Part shown: positions 49,937-60,517 of the stretch, in pieces
Numbering within the stretch: the stretch's first letter is position 1
How the letters are laid out: every line of letters starts with the position of its first letter
Assembly: GCA_002269645.1 (NCBI GenBank)
Contig: NIVC01002697.1
Location: 1-64,000 of the forward strand
Reading direction: 5' to 3'
DNA: 64,000 nucleotides
Source of the DNA: Macrostomum lignano
Taxonomy: Eukaryota
Program-made: the position numbers and the translations under genes
The notes under the pieces: model-generated
Told to the model about the DNA's origin: nothing
Database searches by the model: none
The model's input: only the letters and a program-made list of their open reading frames with translations

Positions 49937-50058
49937 TTCGCTCGCTTTTTAGTATCAGTTATTACTGCAGTATTTCTCATATTTTCTCTTGCTGAAAGTT
50001 CGCTCGCTTTTTAGTATCAGTTATTACTGCAGTATTTCTCATATTTTCTCTTGCTGAA
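49937..50058. repeat. Exact about 61-bp tandem duplication
   Basis: GTTCGCTCGCTTTTTAGTATCAGTTATTACTGCAGTATTTCTCATATTTTCTCTTGCTGAAA occurs twice. Confidence 0.85.
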
Positions 50059-50064
50059 AATCTG

Positions 50065-51668
50065 TCTGGCTTATGTGGATTCGTTTCTGACTTATGTGGA
50101 TTCGTGTCTTATTTATGTGGATTTAGGTCTGACATATGTGGATTCGTGTCTGGCTAATGTGGATTCGTGTCTGACTAATGTGGATTCGCGTCTGACTTAT
50201 GTGGATTCGTGTCTGATTTATGTGAATTCGTGTCTTATTTATGTGGATTTAGGTCTGACATATGTGGATTCGTGTCTGGCTAATGTGGATTCGTGTCTGA
50301 CTAATGTGGATTCGCGTCTGACTTATGTGGATTCGTGTCTGATTTATGTGAATTCGTGTCATATTTATGTGGATTTAGGTCTGACATATGTGGATTCGTG
50401 TCTGACTAATGTGGATTCGTGTCTGACTAATGTGGATTCGTGTCTGACTAAAGTGGATTCGTGTCTGACTAATGTGGATTCGTGTCTGACTTATGTGGAT
50501 TCGTGTCTGACTAATGTGGATTCGTGTCTGACTAATGTGGATTCGTGTCTGACTAATGTGGATTCGTGTCTGACTTATGTGGATTCGTGTCTGATTTATG
50601 TGAATTCGTGTCTTATTTATGTGGATTTAGGTCTGACATATGTGGATTCGTGTCTGATTTATGTGAATTCGTGTCTTATTTATGTGGATTTAGGTCTGAC
50701 ATATGTGGATTCGTGTCTGGCTAATGTGGATTCGTGTCTGACTAATGTGGATTCGCGTCTGACTTATGTGGATTCGTGTCTGATTTATGTGAATTCGTGT
50801 CTTATTTATGTGGATTTAGGTCTGACATATGTGGATTCGTGTCTGGCTAATGTGGATTCGTGTCTGACTAATGTGGATTCGCGTCTGACTTATGTGGATT
50901 CGTGTCTGATTTATGTGAATTCGTGTCATATTTATGTGGATTTAGGTCTGACATATGTGGATTCGTGTCTGACTAATGTGGATTCGTGTCTGACTAATGT
51001 GGATTCGTGTCTGACTTATGTGGATTCGTGTCTGACTAATGTGGATTCGTGTCTGACTAATGTGGATTCGTGTCTGACTAATGTGGATTCGTGTCTGACT
51101 TATGTGGATTCGTGTCTGATTTATGTGAATTCGTGTCTTATTTATGTGGATTTAGGTCTGACATATGTGGATTCGTGTCTGACTAATGTGGATTCGTGTC
51201 TGACTTATGTGGATTTGTGTCTGATTTATGTGTGGATTCGTGTCTGACTTATGTGGATTCGTGTCTGATTTATGTGTGGATTCGTGTCTGACTTATGTGA
51301 ATTCGTGTCTGATTTATGTGTGGATTCGTGTCTGACTTATGTGGATTTGTGTCTGATTTATGTGTGGATTCGTGTCTGACTTATGTGGATTTGTGTCTGA
51401 TTTATGTGTGGATTCGTGTCTGACTTATGTGGATTTGTGTCTGACTTTCGTGGATTCGTGTCTGACTTTCGTGGATTCGTGTCTGACTTTCGTGGATTCG
51501 TGTCTGACTTTCGTGGATTCGTGTCTGACTTTCGTGGATTCGTGTCTGACTTTCGTGGCTTCGTGTCTGACTTTCGTGGATTCGTGTCTGACTTTCGTGG
51601 ATTCGTGTCTGACTTTCGTGGATTCGTGTCTGACTTTCGTGGATTCGTGTCTGACTTTCGTGGATTCT
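50065..51668. repeat. 21-bp minisatellite (TGTGGATTCGTGTCTGACTAA family) with higher-order blocks
   Basis: Direct periodicity; source of the spurious ORF 50051-51247. Confidence 0.95.
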
Positions 51669-51969
51669 GTTTAAAAAAACTTCAACTGCTTAAGAATAAA
51701 TACTTCGCTAAAGCCAGTCTGAAAAGGCTTTTATCGGAACAGCAAAGGCTCAAGTTAATTCTTGAATAGAAGAGCTACAAATGGACGTCTCAATTTGTCA
51801 GAGTGCTGCAGCAAAATCCCTCTTGGGACCGTGAGTGGCCTGCTTTTTTCCAACAATTTCAGCCCTTACTTGCAAATGAAACTCTCAGGTTTAAAGTTTC
51901 AGACGTGCAATTTCTCAATTCCTTTCTTGCTCTTATTTCTGTTCTGGAAGAATTCATGTTCTGACAAAC

Positions 51970-54900
51970 TGTCTCTCTCAGTCTCTCCCAGACTTCTCTC
52001 AGTCTCTCTCAGTCTCTCCCAGACTTCTCTCAGTCTCTCTCAGTCTCTCCCAGACTTCTCTCAGTCTCTCTCAGTCTCTCCCAGACTTCTCTCAGTCTCT
52101 CTCAGTGTCTCTCAGTCTCTCTCAGTCTCTCTCAGTGTCTCTCAGTCTCTCAGTCTCTCTCAGTGTCTCTCAGTCTCTCTCAGTCTCTCTCAGTGTCTCT
52201 CAGTCTCTCAGTCTCTCTCAGTGTCTCTCAGTCTCTCTCAGTCTCTCTCAGTGTCTCTCAGTCTCTCAGTCTCTCTCAGTCTCTCTCAGTCTCTCCCAGA
52301 CTTCTCTCAGTCTCTCTCAGTGTCTCTCAGTCTCTCTCAGTCTCTCTCAGTGTCTCTCAGTCTCTCAGTCTCTCTCAGTGTCTCTCAGTCTCTCTCAGTC
52401 TCTCTCAGTGTCTCTCAGTCTCTCAGTCTCTCTCAGTGTCTCTCAGTCTCTCTCAGTCTCTCTCAGTGTCTCTCAGTCTCTCAGTCTCTCTCAGTGTCTC
52501 TCAGTCTCTCAGTCTCTCTCAGTCTCTCTCAGTCTCTCTCAGTCTCTCTCAAGTCTCTCTCAGTCTCTCCCAGACTCTCAGTCTCTCTCAGTGTCTCTCA
52601 GTCTCTCCCAGACTTCTCTCAGTCTCTCTCAGTGTCTCTCAGTCTCTCTCAGTCTCTCTCAGTCTCTCTCAGTCTCTCTCAGTCTCTCTCAGTCTCTCTC
52701 AGTCTCTCTCAGTCTCTCCCAGACTTCTCTCAGTCTCTCTCAGTGTCTCTCAGTCTCTCTCAGTCTCTCTCAAGTCTCTCTCAGTCTCTCTCAGTCTCTC
52801 TCAGTCTCTCCCAGACTTCTCTCAGTCTCTCTCAGTGTCTCTCAGTCTCTCTCAGTCTCTCTCAGTGTCTCTCAGTCTCTCAGTCTCTCTCAGTGTCTCT
52901 CAGTCTCTCTCAGTCTCTCTCAGTGTCTCTCAGTCTCTCAGTCTCTCTCAGTCTCTCTCAGTGTCTCTCAGTCTCTCAGTCTCTCTCAGTCTCTCTCAGT
53001 CTCTCCCAGACTTCTCTCAGTCTCTCTCAGTGTCTCTCAGTCTCTCTCAGTCTCTCTCAGTGTCTCTCAGTCTCTCAGTCTCTCTCAGTGTCTCTCAGTC
53101 TCTCTCAGTCTCTCTCAGTGTCTCTCAGTCTCTCAGTCTCTCTCAGTGTCTCTCAGTCTCTCTCAGTCTCTCTCAGTGTCTCTCAGTCTCTCAGTCTCTC
53201 TCAGTGTCTCTCAGTCTCTCAGTCTCTCTCAGTCTCTCTCAGTCTCTCTCAGTCTCTCTCAGTCTCTCTCAGTCTCTCCCAGACTTCTCTCAGTCTCTCT
53301 CAGTCTCTCTCAGTGTCTCTCAGTCTCTCAGTCTCTCTCAGTGTCTCTCAGTCTCTCTCAGTCTCTCTCAGTGTCTCTCAGTCTCTCAGTCTCTCTCAGT
53401 CTCTCTCAGTCTCTCCCAGACTTCTCTCAGTCTCTCTCAGTGTCTCTCAGTCTCTCTCAGTCTCTCTCAGTGTCTCTCAGTCTCTCAGTCTCTCTCAGTG
53501 TCTCTCAGTCTCTCTCAGTCTCTCTCAGTGTCTCTCAGTCTCTCAGTCTCTCTCAGTGTCTCTCAGTCTCTCAGTCTCTCTCAGTCTCTCTCAGTCTCTC
53601 TCAGTCTCTCCCAGACTTCTCTCAGTCTCTCTCAGTGTCTCTCAGTCTCTCTCAGTCTCTCTCAGTGTCTCTCAGTCTCTCAGTCTCTCTCAGTCTCTCA
53701 GTCTCTCAGTCTCTCTCAGTCTCTCTCAGTCTCTCTCAGTCTCTCCCAGACTTCTCTCAGTCTCTCTCAGTCTCTCTCAGTGTCTCTCAGTCTCTCAGTC
53801 TCTCTCAGTGTCTCTCAGTCTCTCTCAGTCTCTCTCAGTGTCTCTCAGTCTCTCAGTCTCTCTCAGTCTCTCTCAGTCTCTCCCAGACTTCTCTCAGTCT
53901 CTCTCAGTGTCTCTCAGTCTCTCTCAGTCTCTCTCAGTGTCTCTCAGTCTCTCAGTCTCTCTCAGTGTCTCTCAGTCTCTCTCAGTCTCTCTCAGTGTCT
54001 CTCAGTCTCTCAGTCTCTCTCAGTGTCTCTCAGTCTCTCAGTCTCTCTCAGTCTCTCTCAGTCTCTCTCAGTCTCTCCCAGACTTCTCTCAGTCTCTCTC
54101 AGTGTCTCTCAGTCTCTCTCAGTCTCTCTCAGTGTCTCTCAGTCTCTCAGTCTCTCTCAGTCTCTCAGTCTCTCAGTCTCTCTCAGTCTCTCTCAGTCTC
54201 TCTCAGTCTCTCCCAGACTTCTCTCAGTCTCTCTCAGTGTCTCTCAGTCTCTCAGTCTCTCTCAGTGTCTCTCAGTCTCTCAGTCTCTCTCAGTGTCTCT
54301 CAGTCTCTCTCAGTCTCTCTCAGTGTCTCTCAGTCTCTCAGTCTCTCTCAGTGTCTCTCAGTCTCTCAGTCTCTCTCAGTCTCTCTCAGTCTCTCTCAGT
54401 CTCTCCCAGACTTCTCTCAGTCTCTCTCAGTGTCTCTCAGTCTCTCTCAGTCTCTCTCAGTGTCTCTCAGTCTCTCAGTCTCTCTCAGTGTCTCTCAGTC
54501 TCTCAGTCTCTCTCAGTCTCTCTCAGTCTCTCTCAGTCTCTCTCAGTCTCTCCCAGACTTCTCTCAGTCTCTCTCAGTGTCTCTCAGTCTCTCTCAGTCT
54601 CTCTCAGTGTCTCTCAGTCTCTCAGTCTCTCTCAGTGTCTCTCAGTCTCTCAGTCTCTCTCAGTGTCTCTCAGTCTCTCTCAGTCTCTCTCAGTGTCTCT
54701 CAGTCTCTCAGTCTCTCTCAGTGTCTCTCAGTCTATCAGTCTCTCTCAGTCTCTCTCAGTCTCTCTCAGTCTCTCCTAGTCTCTCAGTCTCTCCCAGTCT
54801 CTCTCAGTCTCTCTCAGTCTCTCTCAGTGTCTCTCAGTCTCTCAGTCTCTCTCAGTCTCTCAGTCTCTCAGTCTCTCTCAGTCTCTCTCAGTCTCTCTCA

Positions 54901-57900
54901 GTCTCTCCCAGACTTCTCTCAGTCTCTCTCAGTGTCTCTCAGTCTCTCAGTCTCTCTCAGTGTCTCTCAGTCTCTCAGTCTCTCTCAGTCTCTCCCAGTC
55001 TCTCCTAGTCTCTCAGTCTCTCCCAGTCTCTCTCAGTCTCTCTCAGTCTCTCTCAGTCTCTCTCAGTCTCTCTCAGTCTCTCCCAGTGTCTCTCAGTCTC
55101 TCTCAGTCTCTCTCAGCCTCTCGCAGCCTCTCTCTCAGTCTCTCTCAGTCTCTCCCAGTGTCTCCCAGTCTCTCTCAGTCTCTCTCAGCCTCTCGCAGCC
55201 TCTCTCAGTCTCTCTCAGTCTCTCTCAGTCTCTCTCAGTCTCTCTCAGTCTCTCCCAGTGTCTCTCAGTCTCTCTCAGTCTCTCTCAGCCTCTCGCAGCC
55301 TCTCTCTCAGTCTCTCTTAGTCTCTCTCAGTCTCTCTCAGTCTCTCTCAGTCTCTCCCAGTGTCTCTCAGTCTCTCTCAGTCTCTCTCAGTCTCTCTCAG
55401 CCTCTCGCAGCCTCTCTCAGTCTCTCTCAGTCTCTCTCAGCCTCTCGCAGCCTCTCTCAGTCTCTCTCAGTCTCTCTCAGTGTCTCTCAGTCTCGTCTCT
55501 CTCAGTGTCTCTCAGTCTCTCAGTCTCTCTCAGTGTCTCTCAGTCTCTCTCAGTCTCTCTCAGTGTCTCTCAGTCTCTCAGTCTCTCTCAGTGTCTCTCA
55601 GTCTCTCTCAGTCTCTCTCAGTGTCTCTCAGTCTCTCAGTCTCTCTCAGTGTCTCTCAGTCTCTCAGTCTCTCTCAGTCTCTCTCAGTCTCTCTCAGTCT
55701 CTCCCAGACTTCTCTCAGTCTCTCTCAGTGTCTCTCAGTCTCTCTCAGTCTCTCTCAGTGTCTCTCAGTCTCTCAGTCTCTCTCAGTGTCTCTCAGTCTC
55801 TCAGTCTCTCTCAGTGTCTCTCAGTCTCTCAGTCTCTCTCAGTCTCTCTCAGTCTCTCTCAGTCTCTCCCAGACTTCTCTCAGTCTCTCTCAGTGTCTCT
55901 CAGTCTCTCTCAGTCTCTCTCAGTGTCTCTCAGTCTCTCAGTCTCTCTCAGTGTCTCTCAGTCTCTCTCAGTCTCTCTCAGTGTCTCTCAGTCTCTCAGT
56001 CTCTCTCAGTGTCTCTCAGTCTCTCAGTCTCTCTCAGTCTCTCTCAGTCTCTCTCAGTCTCTCCCAGACTTCTCTCAGTCTCTCTCAGTGTCTCTCAGTC
56101 TCTCTCAGTCTCTCTCAGTGTCTCTCAGTCTCTCAGTCTCTCTCAGTGTCTCTCAGTCTCTCAGTCTCTCTCAGTGTCTCTCAGTCTCTCTCAGTCTCTC
56201 CCAGACTTCTCTCAGTCTCTCTCAGTGTCTCTCAGTCTCTCTCAGTCTCTCTCAGTGTCTCTCAGTCTCTCAGTCTCTCTCAGTGTCTCTCAGTCTCTCA
56301 GTCTCTCTCAGTGTCTCTCAGTCTCTCTCAGTCTCTCTCAGTGTCTCTCAGTCTCTCAGTGTCTCTCAGTCTCTCAGTCTCTCTCAGTCTCTCTCAGTCT
56401 CTCTCAGTCTCTCCCAGACTTCTCTCAGTCTCTCTCAGTGTCTCTCAGTCTCTCAGTCTCTCTCAGTGTCTCTCAGTCTCTCAGTCTCTCTCAGTGTCTC
56501 TCAGTCTATCAGTCTCTCTCAGTCTCTCTCAGTCTCTCTCAGTCTCTCCCAGACTTCTCTCAGTCTCTCTCAGTGTCTCTCAGTCTCTCTCAGTCTCTCT
56601 CAGTGTCTCTCAGTCTTTCCCAGACTTCTCTCAGTCTCTCTCAGTGTCTCTCAGTCTCTCTCAGTCTCTCTCAGTCTCTCTCAGTGTCTCTCAGTCTCTC
56701 AGTCTCTCTCAGTGTCTCTCAGTCTCTCAGTCTCTCTCAGTCTCTCTCAGTCTCTCTCAGTCTCTCCCAGACTTCTCTCAGTCTCTCTCAGTGTCTCTCA
56801 GTCTCTCTCAGTCTCTCTCAGTGTCTCTCAGTCTCTCAGTCTCTCTCAGTGTCTCTCAGTCTCTCAGTCTCTCTCAGTCTCTCTCAGTCTCTCTCAGTCT
56901 CTCTCAGTCTCTCCCAGACTTCTCTCAGTCTCTCTCAGTGTCTCTCAGTCTCTCTCAGTCTCTCTCAGTGTCTCTCAGTCTCTCAGTCTCTCTCAGTGTC
57001 TCTCAGTCTCTCAGTCTCTCTCAGTGTCTCTCAGTCTCTCTCAGTCTCTCTCAGTGTCTCTCAGTCTCTCAGTCTCTCTCAGTGTCTCTCAGTCTATCAG
57101 TCTCTCTCAGTCTCTCTCAGTCTCTCTCAGTCTCTCCCAGACTTCTCTCAGTCTCTCTCAGTGTCTCTCAGTCTCTCTCAGTCTCTCTCAGTGTCTCTCA
57201 GTCTCTCAGTCTCTCTCAGTCTCTCAGTCTCTCAGTCTCTCTCAGTCTCTCTCAGTCTCTCTCAGTCTCTCCCAGACTTCTCTCAGTCTCTCTCAGTGTC
57301 TCTCAGTCTCTCAGTCTCTCTCAGTGTCTCTCAGTCTCTCAGTCTCTCTCAGTCTCTCCCAGTCTCTCCTAGTCTCTCAGTCTCTCCCAGTCTCTCTCAG
57401 TCTCTCTCAGTCTCTCTCAGTCTCTCTCAGTCTCTCTCAGTCTCTCCCAGTGTCTCTCAGTCTCTCTCAGTCTCTATCAGCCTCTCGCAGCCTCTCTCTC
57501 AGTCTCTCTCAGTCTCTCCCAGTGTCTCTCAGTCTCTCTCAGTCTCTCTCAGCCTCTCGCAGCCTCTCTCAGTCTCTCTCAGTCTCTCTCAGTCTCTCTC
57601 AGTCTCTCTCAGTCTCTCCCAGTGTCTCTCAGTCTCTCTCAGTCTCTCTCAGTCTCTCTCAGTCTCTCCCAGACTTCTCTCAGTCTCTCTCAGTGTCTCT
57701 CAGTCTCTCAGTCTCTCTCAGTGTCTCTCAGTCTCTCAGTCTCTCTCAGTGTCTCTCAGTCTCTCAGTCTCTCTCAGTCTCTCTCAGTCTCTCTCAGTCT
57801 CTCCCAGACTTCTCTCAGTCTCTCTCAGTGTCTCTCAGTCTCTCTCAGTCTCTCTCAGTGTCTCTCAGTCTCTCAGTCTCTCTCAGTGTCTCTCAGTCTC

Positions 57901-59450
57901 TCTCAGTCTCTCTCAGTGTCTCTCAGTCTCTCAGTCTCTCTCAGTGTCTCTCAGTCTCTCAGTCTCTCTCAGTCTCTCTCAGTCTCTCTCAGTCTCTCTC
58001 AGTCTCTCCCAGACTTCTCTCAGTCTCTCTCAGTGTCTCTCAGTCTCTCTCAGTCTCTCTCAGTCTCTCTCAGTCTCTCTCAGTGTCTCTCAGTCTCTCA
58101 GTCTCTCTCAGTGTCTCTCAGTCTCTCTCAGTCTCTCTCAGTGTCTCTCAGTCTCTCAGTCTCTCTCAGTGTCTCTCAGTCTCTCTCAGTCTCTCTCAGT
58201 GTCTCTCAGTCTCTCAGTCTCTCTGAGTGTCTCTTAGTCTCTCAGTCTCTCTCAGTCTCTCTCAGTCTCTCTCAGTGTCTCTCAGTCTCTCAGTCTCTCT
58301 CAGTGTCTCTCAGTCTCTCAGTCTCTCTCAGTCTCTCTCAGTCTCTCTCAGTCTCTCCCAGACTTCTCTCAGTCTCTCTCAGTGTCTCTCAGTCTCTCTC
58401 AGTCTCTCTCAGTATCTCTCAGTCTCTCAGTCTCTCTCAGTGTCTCTCAGTCTCTCTCAGTCTCTCTCAGTGTCTCTCAGTCTCTCAGTCTCTCTCAGTG
58501 TCTCTCAGTCTCTCAGTCTCTCTCAGTCTCTCTCAGTGTCTCTCAGTCTCTCTCAGTCTCTCTCAGTGTCTCTCAGTCTCTCTCAGTCTCTCTCAGTGTC
58601 TCTCAGTCTCTCAGTCTCTCTCAGTCTCTCTCAGTCTCTCTCAGTCTCTCCCAGACTTCTCTCAGTCTCTCCCAGTGTCTCTCAGTCTCTCTCAGTCTCT
58701 CTCAGTGTCTCTCAGTCTCTCAGTCTCTCTCAGTCTCTCAGTCTCTCAGTCTCTCTCAGTCTCTCTCAGTCTCTCTCAGTCTCTCCCAGACTTCTCTCAG
58801 TCTCTCTCAGTGTCTCTCAGTCTCTCAGTCTCTCTCAGTGTCTCTCAGTCTCTCAGTCTCTCTCAGTCTCTCCCAGTCTCTCCTAGTCTCTCAGTCTCTC
58901 CCAGTCTCTCTCAGTCTCTCTCAGTCTCTCTCAGTCTCTCTCAGTCTCTCTCAGTCTCTCTCAGTCTCTCCCAGTGTCTCTCAGTCTCTCTCAGTCTCTC
59001 TCAGCGTCTTGCAGCCTCTCTCTCAGTCTCTCTTAGTCTCTCTCAGTCTCTCTCAGTCTCTCTCAGTCTCTCCCAGTGTCTCTCAGTCTCTCTCAGTCTC
59101 TCTCAGCCTCTCGCAGCCTCTCTCAGTCTCTCTCAGTCTCTCTCAGCCTCTCGCAGCCTCTCTCAGTCTCTCTCAGTCTCTCAGTCTCTCTCAGTCTCTC
59201 TCAGTCTCTTCCAGTCTCTATCAGTCTCTGAGTGTCTCTTAGTCTCTCAGTCTCTCTCAGTCTCTCTCAGCCTCTCTCAGTCTCTCTGTCTCTCCCAGTC
59301 TCTCTCAGTCTCTCAGTCTCTCTCAGTCTCTCAGTCTCTCTCAGTCTCTCAGTCTCTCTCAGTCTCTCAGTCTCTCTCAGTCTCTCAGTCTCTCTCAGTC
59401 TCTCTTAGTCTCTTCCAGTCTCTATCAGTCTCTGAGTGTCTCTTAGTCTC
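51970..59450. repeat. About 7.5-kb CT-rich satellite built from 8/10-bp units (CAGTCTCTCT, CAGTGTCTCT, CCCAGACTTCTCT)
   Basis: Direct periodicity; source of all the poly-SVSLSQ ORFs. Confidence 0.97.
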
Positions 59451-60101
59451 CTTCATATCCCCCTATCCCTATCCCATTTCCCTTTCCCCTATCTACAGGA
59501 TGCGATCCTCCCAACCGAAATCCCTTTGTCGAGCCGAGCCCAGCAGATGCAGGCTGGGCCAAGCGCGAATCGGGGAGCTCACATGCAGTCATGCAGAGCT
59601 GGCAGCATTTGAAATGGACATCCTCACTGGCTGCAGAAACCGTTGAGCTCAAACGATCGAAGTCCTATCTCAAAAAGAAGCAATTCAGAAGACAAGCAAG
59701 CAGTTTTGAAGCTGAAAGTTTAGATACACAAGTACAGAGCGATGCTAAATAGTCCCAGAGCTCTACTTTAGTTAGTGACAGAGAGTCGGACTGAAAACTC
59801 TGCTGAAATTGGAACCGAATTGAATTCATTCCACGTGCTGGACCGATGCCTGCAACATCAGGCCCACTGCACCCTGCTGGACAAGTTCCTTTCCTTAAAA
59901 CGATCAGGTATTAAGTTCGCTAAATAGGCAGAGCTGACTTCCAGACCAACCATTCACGGAGTCGGCTGTTCGGTCCGAATGCAGAAACACAGATACGCTC
60001 TATCAGTCCACTCCAGGGCTGTCCAGGCACCGCTCTGGCTGAAGCTGCACCAGCCTTCTAAGATTGCTAGTCTTCTGTTGTCTGCGGGACTGGTGCATGA
60101 T

Positions 60102-60189
60102 CTGCCTGTCTGCCTGTCTGTCTGTCTGCCTGTCTGCCTGTCTGCCTGTCTGCCTGTCTGTCTGTCTGCCTGTCAGTCTGCCTGCCTGC
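60102..60189. repeat. (CTGT/CTGC)n microsatellite immediately flanking the copia 5' LTR
   Basis: Read directly from sequence. Confidence 0.9.
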
Positions 60190-60413
60190 TGTTGAAAAAG
60201 TAATGTAAATTGTATCTATGCTAATTATAGTAACTCTCGTTAGATTCCCCAAGTCTTAGAACTTTCTAGAACGATACTGTGTAAGTTTGTCTATGCCTAA
60301 GACTAAAGCTATTAAATCAGCCTCTGGCACCATCCTCTCTTAACTTTCCCCTTTTGCTCGTTGACTAAGAAATATACTCGATCAGCTACACTACTGCGTT
60401 TGAAAAGCCAACA
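60190..60413 (+). repeat. 5' LTR (224 bp)
   Basis: Starts TGTTG and ends CAACA immediately before the PBS; the candidate 5-bp TSD half is CCTGC (60185-60189). Confidence 0.85.
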
Positions 60414-60427
60414 GGTTATGGGCCCAG
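60414..60427 (+). promoter_or_regulatory. Primer-binding site GGTTATGGGCCCAG (internal/half tRNA-iMet type)
   Basis: Directly follows the LTR end; matches the PBS recalled for Drosophila copia. Confidence 0.85.
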
Positions 60428-60517
60428 CACGCTTCCACTGCGCATAAGTGGTAGCTGATTCAGAAGCCTCGCTCAGACGGAAAATAGGCTTGTTCTCGAC
60501 ACGAACTTTCCGAAGAA

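Noticed and set aside
51762-59646. Very long ORFs (up to 2024 aa) of SVSLSQ
   Set aside because: The CT-rich satellite simply lacks stops in all three frames; there is no unique coding flank, signal peptide or frame preference.
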